This document shows, one piece after another, positions 11,053-22,165 of a stretch of 64,000 bases of DNA (position 1 is the first letter of the stretch; each line of letters begins with the position of its first letter). Origin of the DNA: Lingula anatina (Eukaryota > Animalia > Brachiopoda). The notes beneath the pieces are model-generated. The model ran no database searches. It was not told the DNA's origin and saw only the letters and a program-made list of their open reading frames with translations. The stretch lies in the NCBI GenBank assembly GCA_051362555.1, contig CM120644.1:12856567-12920566 (forward strand), given 5' to 3'. The position numbers and the translations under genes are program-made.

Positions 11053-11083
<31 letters not shown>
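11028..11083. repeat. (TTA)n microsatellite
   Basis: Direct reading. Confidence 0.95.
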
Positions 11084-14000
11084 AAGAACCAAACCCTCGA
11101 TGATTGAGGAAACTAGTGAATGGAATGTCCTCTTAAGATGCTTGCCTGGTTGCCAGGGTGTACATCTGGAATTATGTCAGACTCCTGTCTTTGTTCTTAA
11201 GACTGTATGTTATCATGGGGTACACTTTACATGAAGGTTTGAATCATGGTCTTATTTACTACCGAGGAGGCTAAATTTCCAAGATGAAGCCGTTTATTTT
11301 GTTTTTGGAAGATTTCTTTATTTACACTCAAATATATGGCTAGTTGTCATGTTAGCCTCTAAAATAACCGATGCCCAAGATAATTATTAAATTGACGTAT
11401 ATTATAAAATGCGTTCTTCTATTTCAACCACTGGTCCTAAAAACATTAGGATTTCAAAAGCATGTCTAAGCTAGTGTGCATTTTTGAAGCTCAGATATAT
11501 ATATATATTATATAAATTTTATGTTTTAGCTTGTTGTGAGTTCAGATGTATTACTTAATAGTCGCCACTGAATTTGAATGATTAAAGTAATTCAGTCTAT
11601 TTCGCCAGTAACTCGTAATTCCAGTGTATTTGTTCATCTTTATAGCTCGTATTTATCTTTAGAGAACTACTACTGGGCAGCTGTCAGCCTTTATCACTAT
11701 CATAACAGGTGGCCAGGATGTATTAGCTATGGTGAGGGCATAATTACCCGTCAGCAGTAGGGTCAGGGATTGTAAGCCTCTATCAACTGCTTAATTAAGG
11801 GACCAGCCTCAGTTAATAGGCCATAGAAGGGTCGTAAAGCTAGGTTGTAATTTTAATTTAAATCAGAGAACAGGAGACTTTTCATGGAGCCTTGTGACTT
11901 GAAAATGGGTCAGGAATACATGTTTTTACGATTAACTAGGGTGGGAAAGTTGTGCAATATCCCACTGAAAGCTGAAACAGAGAAGTCCTAAGAAAATGGA
12001 CAGAGGTTATTGAATATGATAAAAATGAAGGCACTGTGCTTCAATAAGTAGTTAAATCTTCCATATCTGGGGGACTTGTAATACCCATGCAAAATTATCC
12101 TGCTTACTGAAAAGTGAAAAGCTAATAACTACTTACTTTTCTGACTTAATTAAGATGCTCTATCAGTGGTAATGCCCTAAGTAAGTGAACCCAAGTAGTA
12201 GATATGTGTGAAGGGGAGGGGGGGGGGGTGATATAAGACCACAAATTTTCTTCAGAAGACTTAAAGAAAGAGCTATAAATGTGAAACTCAATGATAAGTA
12301 AACAGTAGGTGTAAATGGTAACTTCAGTGCTAACAAAAAAGAATAGTTGATGAGGAAAGGAGGGTTGATTTTTGGATTGAGCTGGATTATAATGATGTGC
12401 ACTTCAGTCTGAGCAAGATACCCTACCTTGCTAAGGTATCTACCCTGAACAGTGAAACGTCTGACGAGGAATATTATAGAAGTGGGAAACTAAAAGTAGG
12501 TAACTGAATCGGCATAACATGTGCCCATGCGATATCCATTAAATATCGGGACATTGCGTCCGCCTATGTCATCAGGTGCCTGGAGAATCTACACGCAAGG
12601 ACCCTTAATTTCTTTGTGCAGTCCCAGTGACCGCTATCGGAGCAAACAAGCGACTCCTGGATAAAGAACATATTGTCAACTGCAACTGCTAAATAGCTAG
12701 AGAAACTAAAACTTACCGCATTCATGTAACAGTCAGCAATTTGTACTGTTGATCCTTGCTTGAAGTTGTGCAGAATCTGTCACTGTACGCTTCAACAGAT
12801 CGAGTGAACTGCTGGAAAGTTCTCATAGAGGTAAAATGAAATTTTTTGAACTGAAGATTTCAGTTGCAGATTTGAGATAACTTGTAGCTTAATTGTATCA
12901 TGCTCGTGAACAGAATGAATCAAGCAAAATGAGGCCAGGCAGTGATGCCCCATGGTATAAGTAGCAACATGTGCCTCTAAGGAGATTACCCCTCTAGGGC
13001 ACAATGGGGGATACCAGCCCGCTTGGCACCAGGTGTCGCTAGTGTGAATTCAGTCCTTCCACAGTCGCCATTTTGGAAATAACATGTGTTGGACTGTGGC
13101 ACTGGCCTGAATAAACTTGCCTCAGTATTGTTGTGTACCTGAATGTTAAAGTCGGCAAGGTGGGCATAATTTTCCTGAGGATTCAGGGCTTCGTTTGAAG
13201 TGAAGGGTTGCCCATGTCAACACACCTTGCATGTTAAAGGGACAGTTACAACATGACCCAGGCACAGTAATTAGGCCCCTAAAGATAGACGAGTTGCCTC
13301 AAAAAGAATACACGGAAAAAGGTTAATTGATCTTGGCAAAACTTATAAAGTTTTGGAAAGAGAGCTCCATAGCAAGAAAGTACCCCTAGGAAGTATGATT
13401 TATCAAAGTGCGTTTTCTTATGTCCGCAACTTCAGAAGAGTTGTCAGTAAATATACATAAGTGCCGGTAGCCTACTACCCGTATATATAGCACGCAAGGA
13501 CTATATAGGTGTATTAAAAGTCAAAGAAAAGGCATGTGTTTTTCACTGGATCTTGGTTTATTCACATGGATTCACAAGACACGTAAAAACTAAAAAAGAA
13601 GAAAAGAAAAAGAAAATTACAACAATGTACTTACTAACGGTTATTTACGTGTTCAAATTTACTTACTCAAAAATTTATACATTTCAATAATCACCAATAA
13701 TAAATAACTAATCATCAATAATCAATAATAATCAATAAACAGTATTAAAACTCACCATTTCTGCCATTCCTTTAAACTATAAATTTCAAGTAGAAATAAC
13801 AGATTCAAAAGTAAGAGTACTATGTGTTCCTCCTACGGAGACACTGTGATGAATGAAATAAAGTGCAAAACTCATGGGGCACCACCCCGAATGAAAAGTT
13901 GTCATTTATGCAAATAAATGCATTAGATGAGCTGGACACCAGGCTCCTCAATCACAACAAAAGTAAACTAAACCTTACATACCGGCCACCGAAAGGCGAT

Positions 14001-14100
14001 TTAATCAAGATTCAAAATAGCCTTTCTAATCAAATATAAACACTATTTAACTAACTCAAATATGTCCTATAAAGTCACTGTCACTTAAATGCATTGCACA

Positions 14101-16476
14101 TTAAACAAAATTTCCTTCCAATAAACACAGTTTTCGCACATCACGGCGAAAGCGTCCCTTGGCCGTCTTAACAATCACCTGGCGCACATGTCCGTATTTA
14201 TCAGGAAAAGTTTCCTCTATCAGTCCTTTAGGCCACTGGCCGCGAAAGGCATTTTCATCAATAAGTAAAACAAAGTCACCTTTTTCAAAGTTCTTTGCTG
14301 GTCGGAGCCATTTCTGACGCTCCTGAAGTACAGGCAAGTATTCTTTAATCCATCGCTGCCAGAATTGGTCTGCAATTAACTGCGCGTGTTTCCACTGTTC
14401 ATTATATTGATCACGTTCTGTGAAATTGTCAGCGGGCAAACAGGGATTCGAACGCAGCAACAGTAGTTGATTTGGTGACAGGGTTTCTAGTTCGTAATAA
14501 TGGTCTGCTTTGCGGATCAACGGACGATCATTCATGATTTTCTCAACTTCAGCAAGTACAGTAAGTAATGTCTCGTCATCTACCAATCTATTTCCCAAAA
14601 TCGAACGCATGATTTTCCGCACTGATCTGATTAAACGCTCCCATACGCCACCTGCGTGGCTTGCATTTGGAGGATTGAAATACCACTGAATGTTGCGTCG
14701 TAACAGATAATCACTGATTTTTTCTTGATTCCACTGCTGTAAAATGCGTTTTAGATCTGTTTCAGCACCTCTGAAATTAGTCCCGTTGTCACTGAAAATT
14801 TCACACGGCGGTCCTCGCCGACTAATGAAACGCAAAACTGCTTGAATGAATGAGTCTGATGACAGATTATATGATATCTCCAAATGAACTGCTCTAGTCG
14901 CCATGCACGTAAAAATGCAACCATAACGCTTATTTGTTCGTCTTCCGCATTTCACTAACAGTGGTCCAAAGTAGTCGACACCTACTGAATGAAATGGTGG
15001 CTTCCCTGGTGTCACACGACTTCTTGGAAGTGGGGCCATAACTTGACTGCTGGGAACTGCATTCCATCTGCGGCACACCATGCACTTGCGAATGACTTTT
15101 TTCACTGTTGACAATCCACGCGTTATCCAAAATTCTTGACGTATCACAGATAACACGTGATATGCTCCCACATGTCCTTCCTTAATGTGATAGTGTCGCA
15201 CAATGATTTCAGTAACGTGATGATCATGTGGAAGAATTTTCGGGTGTTTCTGTGAGGTAGATATCGCTGCATTCTGGAGACGTCCTCCTACACACAGAAT
15301 CCCATCAATTTTGATCGGAGATAGCTTGCGCAATGGGCTCACGTATCCCTTGGAATCGGGTTTTTTGGTCATTGCAGATGATACAACGTTGTACTCTTTG
15401 TGAAATGATTTTGCTTGTACATACATCACAATGGCATCAGTAGCAAGCGCGATTTCCTGTACTGTTAATGGTCCATTGTTTCTATCTACTGTCAATTGTC
15501 TCACGCGGGACAGTAAGTAGCGTTTGAAACGCAAAATCCAGGCAACTGATTTCTGTAAAGTATACCACGATGAGAAATGATGCAACAATCGCTCTACACC
15601 GTCCAATACTTCCGACGACGTAGTGACATGTACATGAGCTGATTTACGTTTCACTTTTCTATCATTTTCTGGAATTTCATGTAGATGATCTGGTTGTTTC
15701 GGCCAGTGTATCTCGGGCTGGTACAAGAAAGCTGGGCCATGTAACCAACGCTGTATGTCATCACCGTTATCACTTCTGAGCTGTATTCCTCTGGAAGCGT
15801 AATCTGCCGGGTTCTGATCTGAATCAACATGATACCACTGCGACGGGGATGAAACATCATGTATCATTTGTAAACGATTGGCAACAAAAACTTGGAATCT
15901 GGTCGCGGAATTCCGAATGTACTGGAGCACAATCGTAGAATCTGTCCAGAAAACAACACGATGAATGGGCAGTTGTAGCTCCTCCATCATTTGTTTGTGA
16001 ACTTTCGCAGACAATGTAGCAGCTGTCAGCTCCATTCGTGGAACAGTCACTGATTTCAGAGGCGCTACACGTGATTTTCCCATGACAATGTTGCAAGATA
16101 CTTGCTGGTTAATATCAACAAATCGCAAGTAGGAAACAATGCCGTAGCCGGATAAAGAGGCATCTGAAAAATGGTGAAGTTCAATGGACTGAATATCTGC
16201 TAATTGAGGTGATTTGTAGCATCTTGGTACTTCAATTGTTTGTAAATTGTCCAATCCTTCTCTCCACTGTGTCCATGCATTAAGATGCTCTGCAGGTAAG
16301 TCACTGTCCCATGCAATGCCTTCCCGACACAATTCTTGGAGTATCTGTTTAGGTTTGAGAATAAGTGGCGCTGCAAAACCCAGTGGATCATATATCGATG
16401 CAATAAATGACAAAATACCTCTGCGAGTATTCTTTATATCTCTCTCACGGACGCAGTATCCTTTTCTATGTTCCAC
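14101..16476 (-). CDS. pol: BEL/Pao RNase H (Pao peptidase region) and integrase
   Basis: TRRGILSFIASIYDPLG; ELHHFSDASLSGYG; HIKEGH...CMVC zinc finger; VDYFGP, SDNGTNF, GGVWERLIRSV (DDE); C-terminal DUF5641-like region. Confidence 0.92.
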   Translation of the reverse strand: MEHRKGYCVRERDIKNTRRGILSFIASIYDPLGFAAPLILKPKQILQELCREGIAWDSDLPAEHLNAWTQWREGLDNLQTIEVPRCYKSPQLADIQSIELHHFSDASLSGYGIVSYLRFVDINQQVSCNIVMGKSRVAPLKSVTVPRMELTAATLSAKVHKQMMEELQLPIHRVVFWTDSTIVLQYIRNSATRFQVFVANRLQMIHDVSSPSQWYHVDSDQNPADYASRGIQLRSDNGDDIQRWLHGPAFLYQPEIHWPKQPDHLHEIPENDRKVKRKSAHVHVTTSSEVLDGVERLLHHFSSWYTLQKSVAWILRFKRYLLSRVRQLTVDRNNGPLTVQEIALATDAIVMYVQAKSFHKEYNVVSSAMTKKPDSKGYVSPLRKLSPIKIDGILCVGGRLQNAAISTSQKHPKILPHDHHVTEIIVRHYHIKEGHVGAYHVLSVIRQEFWITRGLSTVKKVIRKCMVCRRWNAVPSSQVMAPLPRSRVTPGKPPFHSVGVDYFGPLLVKCGRRTNKRYGCIFTCMATRAVHLEISYNLSSDSFIQAVLRFISRRGPPCEIFSDNGTNFRGAETDLKRILQQWNQEKISDYLLRRNIQWYFNPPNASHAGGVWERLIRSVRKIMRSILGNRLVDDETLLTVLAEVEKIMNDRPLIRKADHYYELETLSPNQLLLLRSNPCLPADNFTERDQYNEQWKHAQLIADQFWQRWIKEYLPVLQERQKWLRPAKNFEKGDFVLLIDENAFRGQWPKGLIEETFPDKYGHVRQVIVKTAKGRFRRDVRKLCLLEGNFV

Positions 16477-18206
16477 TGTACGCCTAACGCATGTTCTATC
16501 GGCTGTTTGTCAAAGTTTACATTTCTGACCGACGGTGCTTGCTCCGCTGTGGGCACACTGGATAGAACTTCCTCCTGGTTCGATATCCACTTGGTCAGAT
16601 GAAATCCACCTTTCTGCAGTAATGAGGTGAGTTGAGTGATCATCCTCTTAGCTTCATCGACAGTCTCTACAGAATTTAAGCAATCGTCAACATAGAAGTT
16701 TCTGTAGACAGTTTCAACGGTCTGGAAATCAAAGTCCTTTCCATGATCTTCTGCATTTTTGAGGAGAGCGTAGACTGTACAACTTGCAGAGGAAGTAGCA
16801 CCAAACACGTGGACTAACATTTGGTATTCTTCTGGTTGTTTGCTGAGATCTCCTGCCGGCCACCATAAGAATCGTAAGGCGTCACGATCATCAGGGTGCA
16901 CTCTCACTTGATGATACATTTGCTCAATATCAGCAACAATAGCTATCTTCTCCTGGCGGAATCTAAGGAGAACTCCAATGAGTGAATTGGTTAAATCCGG
17001 ACCCTGTAACAAGGAATCATTCAGCGAAACGCCTGCATATTTCGCTGCACAATCGAAGACAACTCTAATTTTGGACTTCTTTGAATTGATCACAGGGTGA
17101 TGAGGTAAGTACCAAACAGAATTGCTGTTATTATGCATATTTCTGTGGTCAATCTTCTGAGCGTGTCCTTTATCAATATACTCCTGAACAGCTTGAGTAT
17201 ACTTCTCTCGTAGTTTTTCGTCACGCTGTAAACGTCTTTTGAGCAGATTCAAGCGCTTTTCAGCTGCTGGCTTGTTATTGGGTAAGAGCTCGTCTGACTT
17301 CCAAGGAAGTGAAACTTGGTAATGTCCGTCAATAAATACTACGGACTCATCCATGATCCTCTTCGCTTTCTTATCTTCTAACGACATACATTGGCTGCTG
17401 CTAACTGAAGACTCACTGAATTCACTGTTGTAAATCTTGCTTAGCTGGGTAGAAATGGAATCGCAGCCTCTCAGAGAATTGTCACATCCGAGTACCTGGT
17501 CTGCATGAATGAAATTAACCGTGACGTCACCATCATTTGGTCTTTTCATGGGACCTAATATAGTCCATCCTAAAATCGTTCGGATCGCGTACGGTTGTTT
17601 CTTATCGCCTCGTCTCTCTTCTATGCGCCAATGAGCTTCAGGGTGATCATTACCGATGAGAATGGTAACTGTTTTGTCATCTAGCTCTGGCAGTTGGACA
17701 TCTTTCAAATGGCTCCACTCTGAAATGTCGGAGTTATTTGGAATGTTCTTTTCACAGATCGGTAGTCTGTCGGTCGTCCAAACTTGATCTAGAATCAATC
17801 CTTGTTGGCTATTGATAGCTTTCACTTCTAGCTGTACTTCTTGTCCTTGGTTTACGCAACTTTCATCGTTAACTGTACTGACACTGTACTGGATAGGTTT
17901 CCCACTGGCACCTAACTTTTCAGCTAAACTGTGTAAACATAAACTGTGATCAGATCCATTATCTAAAAATGCATAAGTTTCAATAATCGGTCCACCATTG
18001 CCGCCGCTCACGGTCACTGGGACAATCTGTAGACTGATTCTTCTTCCTGTCGCTACCGCAGCACTCTGGACTGCAACTACGGGGTCAGTAACAACAGACG
18101 TAGCGTTGGCACCAGGCTCACGTTGCAGTGCGGGGCTGTTGGCAGATACACAGGGTGGGTGTAGTAACGCGTGATGTCGCTTGCCACATCCAGGGACTTG
18201 ACACAA
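16434..18206 (-). CDS. pol: BEL/Pao aspartic protease and reverse transcriptase; frameshift near 16455
   Basis: AFLDNGSDHS (protease); YLPHHPV...KIRVVFDCAA...LNDSLLQGPDL...ADIEQMYHQV...NFYVDD (RT). Confidence 0.9.
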   Translation of the reverse strand: MCQVPGCGKRHHALLHPPCVSANSPALQREPGANATSVVTDPVVAVQSAAVATGRRISLQIVPVTVSGGNGGPIIETYAFLDNGSDHSLCLHSLAEKLGASGKPIQYSVSTVNDESCVNQGQEVQLEVKAINSQQGLILDQVWTTDRLPICEKNIPNNSDISEWSHLKDVQLPELDDKTVTILIGNDHPEAHWRIEERRGDKKQPYAIRTILGWTILGPMKRPNDGDVTVNFIHADQVLGCDNSLRGCDSISTQLSKIYNSEFSESSVSSSQCMSLEDKKAKRIMDESVVFIDGHYQVSLPWKSDELLPNNKPAAEKRLNLLKRRLQRDEKLREKYTQAVQEYIDKGHAQKIDHRNMHNNSNSVWYLPHHPVINSKKSKIRVVFDCAAKYAGVSLNDSLLQGPDLTNSLIGVLLRFRQEKIAIVADIEQMYHQVRVHPDDRDALRFLWWPAGDLSKQPEEYQMLVHVFGATSSASCTVYALLKNAEDHGKDFDFQTVETVYRNFYVDDCLNSVETVDEAKRMITQLTSLLQKGGFHLTKWISNQEEVLSSVPTAEQAPSVRNVNFDKQPIEHALGVQWNIEKDTASVREI

Positions 18207-19843
18207 TTGTTTCCATTGACACGTTCTCGCCGTGTGTGGAGGGTTGGACTAAGACAATTGAAACACAGTTTGTTTTCCGACACAAAATTTCTCCTATTGC
18301 TGTAATTCATTCTAGCAAATTTGAAACATTGCTTTATAGTATGATTTCCAGAACAAAACACACACGGGTCTCTCTGGACTGACGATGGCTGGTACTTGTT
18401 GGAGTTACTGTTGCTTTTCTCGGCAGGGTGAACGTTAGTGGCTAGGGTAGTGGTCTTATAGGACGGGTTGTGACAACTGACCTTTGACTTAGGTTTCACA
18501 TCCGGCTTGGATCCTACCAATTGTCCGAACCTTGTGTTGGCAATCTGTACCATTTCCTCCAGGTAATCTGCGAGATCCTTGAACTTGACCTCAATCCACT
18601 GATTCAACAATTTTCCGGAACGTTTGGCCCATCCAGCTTGGAGATATTGCGGTAATCGCCGGACCACTTTTTCCAGAGTATCCATAGAATTCAAATCTTC
18701 ATAGTATCCCATCTTGGATGCTGTCATTTGGCACGTGGTCATGTCTCTTGAAAGCTTGGAGAGTCGTGTAACGTCTGACGCTTTAATGGGAGGACCTGTT
18801 ACTATTTTCTCCAACATAGCTTTTATGATGATGTGTTTTTGTCCGAAATGGGTCTGTAATATGTTTCTAGCCTGGAAATAACCTTCCTCTGGTTCAAGTA
18901 TGACACAGCTTTTTATGGCTTCTTTGGCTTCACCTGTGCAGTACTGTATGAGATATGACAGTTTACTTCTAAAGTCTGGTACTCTTTGTTCTATATTAGT
19001 CTCAAAGTTTCTTATGAAAGTCGGGTATGATACGGGATCACCATTGAAATACAAGTACTCACGTTTGGGCATTTCTTGGTTCAGCGTGATTTCTTGTAAA
19101 GTTCGTTGTTGTTGTTGAAGTAAGTGTGCTACTTGGTCATTCATGGTAAGCTGACGTTGTTGCTCTATGGTAGACGTACCTATTGACTGCGCTGTCATTG
19201 GTGTATATTCTGTTGCATGGGGGTTAAATGTCATCGCTGGATCTGTATGGGATGGCACAATGTACGGTTGCTGTAGCTGTGACGGTTGTGACGACTGGGC
19301 TGCCGTAGGGAACTGCTGTGGTTGATTTGTCCTTGACATCGGTTTCGGTTGAGTGGGCTCCGTCTCATATGACACTCCTAATTGCTGAAGCTGTTGCGTG
19401 GAATGCGGGTGATGTGCATTCATGCGTGACCGCTGTTGCTCACTCTGCTGTTGCTGTTGTGCACTGACATGTTGATGAGAAACATGATCGGAATTTGTCA
19501 GATTATGTGCATCAATAGTATCAACGTTACCTTCTTCCATGGAATTAAAGTAGCGATCAATCGTGAAGTTGTGTTCCGATAAAGATGCGTCTTCCTGAAT
19601 TTCAGCCTCAATTTCCCGCCGTCTCACCTGGGCTCGTAGGGAAAGCATTCTCATTTCGTCTTTTAGCTCTTGCTCGCGATACCGACGCCTTAGTGCGGTT
19701 TCCGCTTCTTCGAATTCCAACTGAGCATTAGCCATAGCGAGTGCGGCTTTTGTCCTTTGGGATTCCGATGCCGAACGCAAACTGTTGGTTCTGAATCGTC
19801 TATGAGATAGTCCGAAATCTTGTAAGCTGCCGTGGTAGGCCAT
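18077..19843 (-). CDS. gag: BEL/Pao Gag (DUF1759-like region and Cys-His zinc knuckles); frameshift near 18235
   Basis: FNGDPVSYPTFIRNF...KLSYLIQYCTGEAKEAI; CVFCSGNHTIKQC; CFNCLSPTLH. An extra AC in a CACACAC run breaks the frame into CQVPGCGKRHHALLH. Confidence 0.85.
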   Translation of the reverse strand: MAYHGSLQDFGLSHRRFRTNSLRSASESQRTKAALAMANAQLEFEEAETALRRRYREQELKDEMRMLSLRAQVRRREIEAEIQEDASLSEHNFTIDRYFNSMEEGNVDTIDAHNLTNSDHVSHQHVSAQQQQQSEQQRSRMNAHHPHSTQQLQQLGVSYETEPTQPKPMSRTNQPQQFPTAAQSSQPSQLQQPYIVPSHTDPAMTFNPHATEYTPMTAQSIGTSTIEQQRQLTMNDQVAHLLQQQQRTLQEITLNQEMPKREYLYFNGDPVSYPTFIRNFETNIEQRVPDFRSKLSYLIQYCTGEAKEAIKSCVILEPEEGYFQARNILQTHFGQKHIIIKAMLEKIVTGPPIKASDVTRLSKLSRDMTTCQMTASKMGYYEDLNSMDTLEKVVRRLPQYLQAGWAKRSGKLLNQWIEVKFKDLADYLEEMVQIANTRFGQLVGSKPDVKPKSKVSCHNPSYKTTTLATNVHPAEKSNSNSNKYQPSSVQRDPCVFCSGNHTIKQCFKFARMNYSNRRNFVSENKLCFNCLSPTLHTRRERVNGNNCVKSLDVASDITRYYTHPVYLPTAPHCNVSLVPTLRLLLLTP

Positions 19844-20641
19844 GATGGAAATTTCCGTGGGATGATTGAGAAATGTTTTTACTTTATATAGCACGCAAGG
19901 ACTATATAGGTGTATTAAAAGTCAAAGAAAAGGCATGTGTTTTTCACTGGATCTTGGTTTATTCACATGGATTCACAAGACACGTAAAAACTAAAAAAGA
20001 AGAAAAGAAAAAGAAAATTACAACAATGTACTTACTAACGGTTATTTACGTGTTCAAATTTACTTACTCAAAAATTTATACATTTCAATAATCACCAATA
20101 ATAAATAACTAATCATCAATAATCAATAATAATCAATAAACAGTATTAAAACTCACCATTTCTGCCATTCCTTTAAACTATAAATTTCAAGTAGAAATAA
20201 CAGATTCAAAAGTAAGAGTACTATGTGTTCCTCCTACGGAGACACTGTGATGAATGAAATAAAGTGCAAAACTCATGGGGCACCACCCCGAATGAAAAGT
20301 TGTCATTTATGCAAATAAATGCATTAGATGAGCTGGACACCAGGCTCCTCAATCACAACAAAAGTAAACTAAACCTTACACCGTATAAGGCTGTGTTATT
20401 AAGTAATATCCTTTTTTATTGATGTATTGAGCATGACCGGTAATGTTAATTAAATAATTAGTTTTATTTAAAATAATAATTCAGTACATCGTAAGAATCA
20501 TAAAACTAGGTATAGTTAGATAATTTATTTGTACATGTATAGATGCAATTTCTCAGCCAATGGAATAATGCAGGTTTGGAAATCTTTTTGTAACAGTTCA
20601 AGAAATAAAATTTAAAGAAAGAAAACATTTTATAAATGAAC

Positions 20642-20676
<35 letters not shown>

Positions 20677-21313
20677 GTTTTACTTGTTTTACTTGAGTAG
20701 AAACACCATATTATTTCATCGCTCTGAAAATTCATTAAAAAGTAGCAAAACCAAATATTTTATTTAAACAAAATAATTATTCAGTCCATAGTAAAAACCA
20801 TGAAACCATGTAATACTTAGATAATTTATTTGTGCTATTACTTTCCTGAATGTATAGCTGCAATTTCTCAGCCAATGGATTACTGTAGGTACGGAATACT
20901 TTTTGTAACAGTTTAAGAAACAAAAATTAAATAAAGCAAACATTTTACAAACGAACACAGTTTTTTGTTCCTTTTTACAAAATAGTACTTATGAATTATT
21001 TTACTTGAATAGAACCACCACATTATGTCATCACTTTGAAAATTCTTTAAAAAGCAAAAAAAAAAAAAAAAACAAATTATTTGCTGTAAATACAACTATC
21101 ATATTATTTCATCCCACTAAAAATATTTTACAAAATAGCATAATAGGTTTTTTTCATTACAGTTAAATATTATTAAAAACAGCATCAACAGGCAAGTACT
21201 TTTTGTAAAGAATATAGCACCACCAAATTATTTCATTTTAGTTAAAACATTTTTTTAAAATTGCACTTCAAAATTGTGATTTCAGCTAAAACCATCTCAT
21301 ACAGGGGTACTTT

Positions 21314-22165
21314 CTATAAACTAGCTGACACATACTTCCTATAGTGTTTTTCATTAAAAAAAGTTATCCTGGGCAAAATACATGTAAAAAAATATCCAGT
21401 GTCAGAATGAATCAACCCCACAAACAGATCTTTGAATGTAAACACAACAAAATAGCAGAATGGGCGATTTGTAATGAACATCTGGCCTTCTAACTGAGTA
21501 TAGTATTTGCGGGTTTTCTTTAGGCCCAAATTCGTGCACGAGATACACATTCCAAAAGGGGAAATCAGGTCCGGGTCCGACTGTCATGTGTCTGGAATGG
21601 TTTTGGACACAACAATGATTCATACATTTTGTTTATATACTTCTTCTCTGTAGCTGCAATTATCTCTCCAAATCTGGAAGCAGTGATCCGCCATTGTCTC
21701 TCCTTGTGTCAGATTGCGCTCTTTCCTTGTTATAACTTGCTATGCTCAGTGTTCGCTGTTTGTTCCTCAACCTGAAATATTCATATCCCATTAAAGCATG
21801 GTAGATGGTTACAGCATTAAATAGTTTAGATACAATATTATAATTCTATGATGTCACACATCACCTAGTTTGATATTTGGGCCCGATTCTCAAAGACCTC
21901 TGTTTTCACTTACATCATTCCCTCTATCCATGCTTTATTCTTTCATGGCACTTGGAAATAGTTGTTGTCCATCACAGCCGCCTGTAAGTCAGCTTTAGGG
22001 TAGGCATAACTGGTGGCTACATCAATCTTTACCGCTGTTGTGAAGTGATAGGTAAGATTCCTGAAGTAATCATTTTATCCTGCTCTTGAAGTTGACTGTC
22101 CTGGAGTCCTGAAATCGACAGCTTCAGGCTTTGCCCCCAATATATGGGCCTTCTTTGGGTAACCT
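21314..22165 (-). pseudogene. Degenerate YqaJ/lambda-exonuclease-like gene of a Kolobok/ISL2EU-type DNA transposon
   Basis: Minus-strand VEEQT...KERQWRITASRFGEII (~21770-21655) and YYTQLEGQMFITNRPFCYFVVFT..DLFV (ORF 21314-21550) are YqaJ-domain motifs; stops and frameshifts are present. Confidence 0.65.

Larger units (their letters stand above)
13484..20380 (-). mobile_element. BEL/Pao LTR retrotransposon 1, full length; LTRs 13484-13979 and 19885-20380 (496 bp); 5-bp TSD CCGTA
   Basis: The LTRs read identical by eye; CCGTA at 13479-13483 and 20381-20385; gag-PR-RT-RH-IN order with BEL-specific motifs. Confidence 0.96.

Noticed and set aside
10983-11234. Poly-Ile 'membrane protein' ORF
   Set aside because: It is a translation of a (TTA)n microsatellite.
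12440-12500. Hammerhead-like CTGACGAG...GAAAC
   Set aside because: No complementary stem II between the motifs and no convincing stems I/III.
18200-18245. Programmed gag-pol ribosomal frameshift
   Set aside because: BEL/Pao elements usually have a single ORF; the break lies inside a zinc knuckle at a CA dinucleotide run with no slippery heptamer, so it is a mutation or assembly indel.
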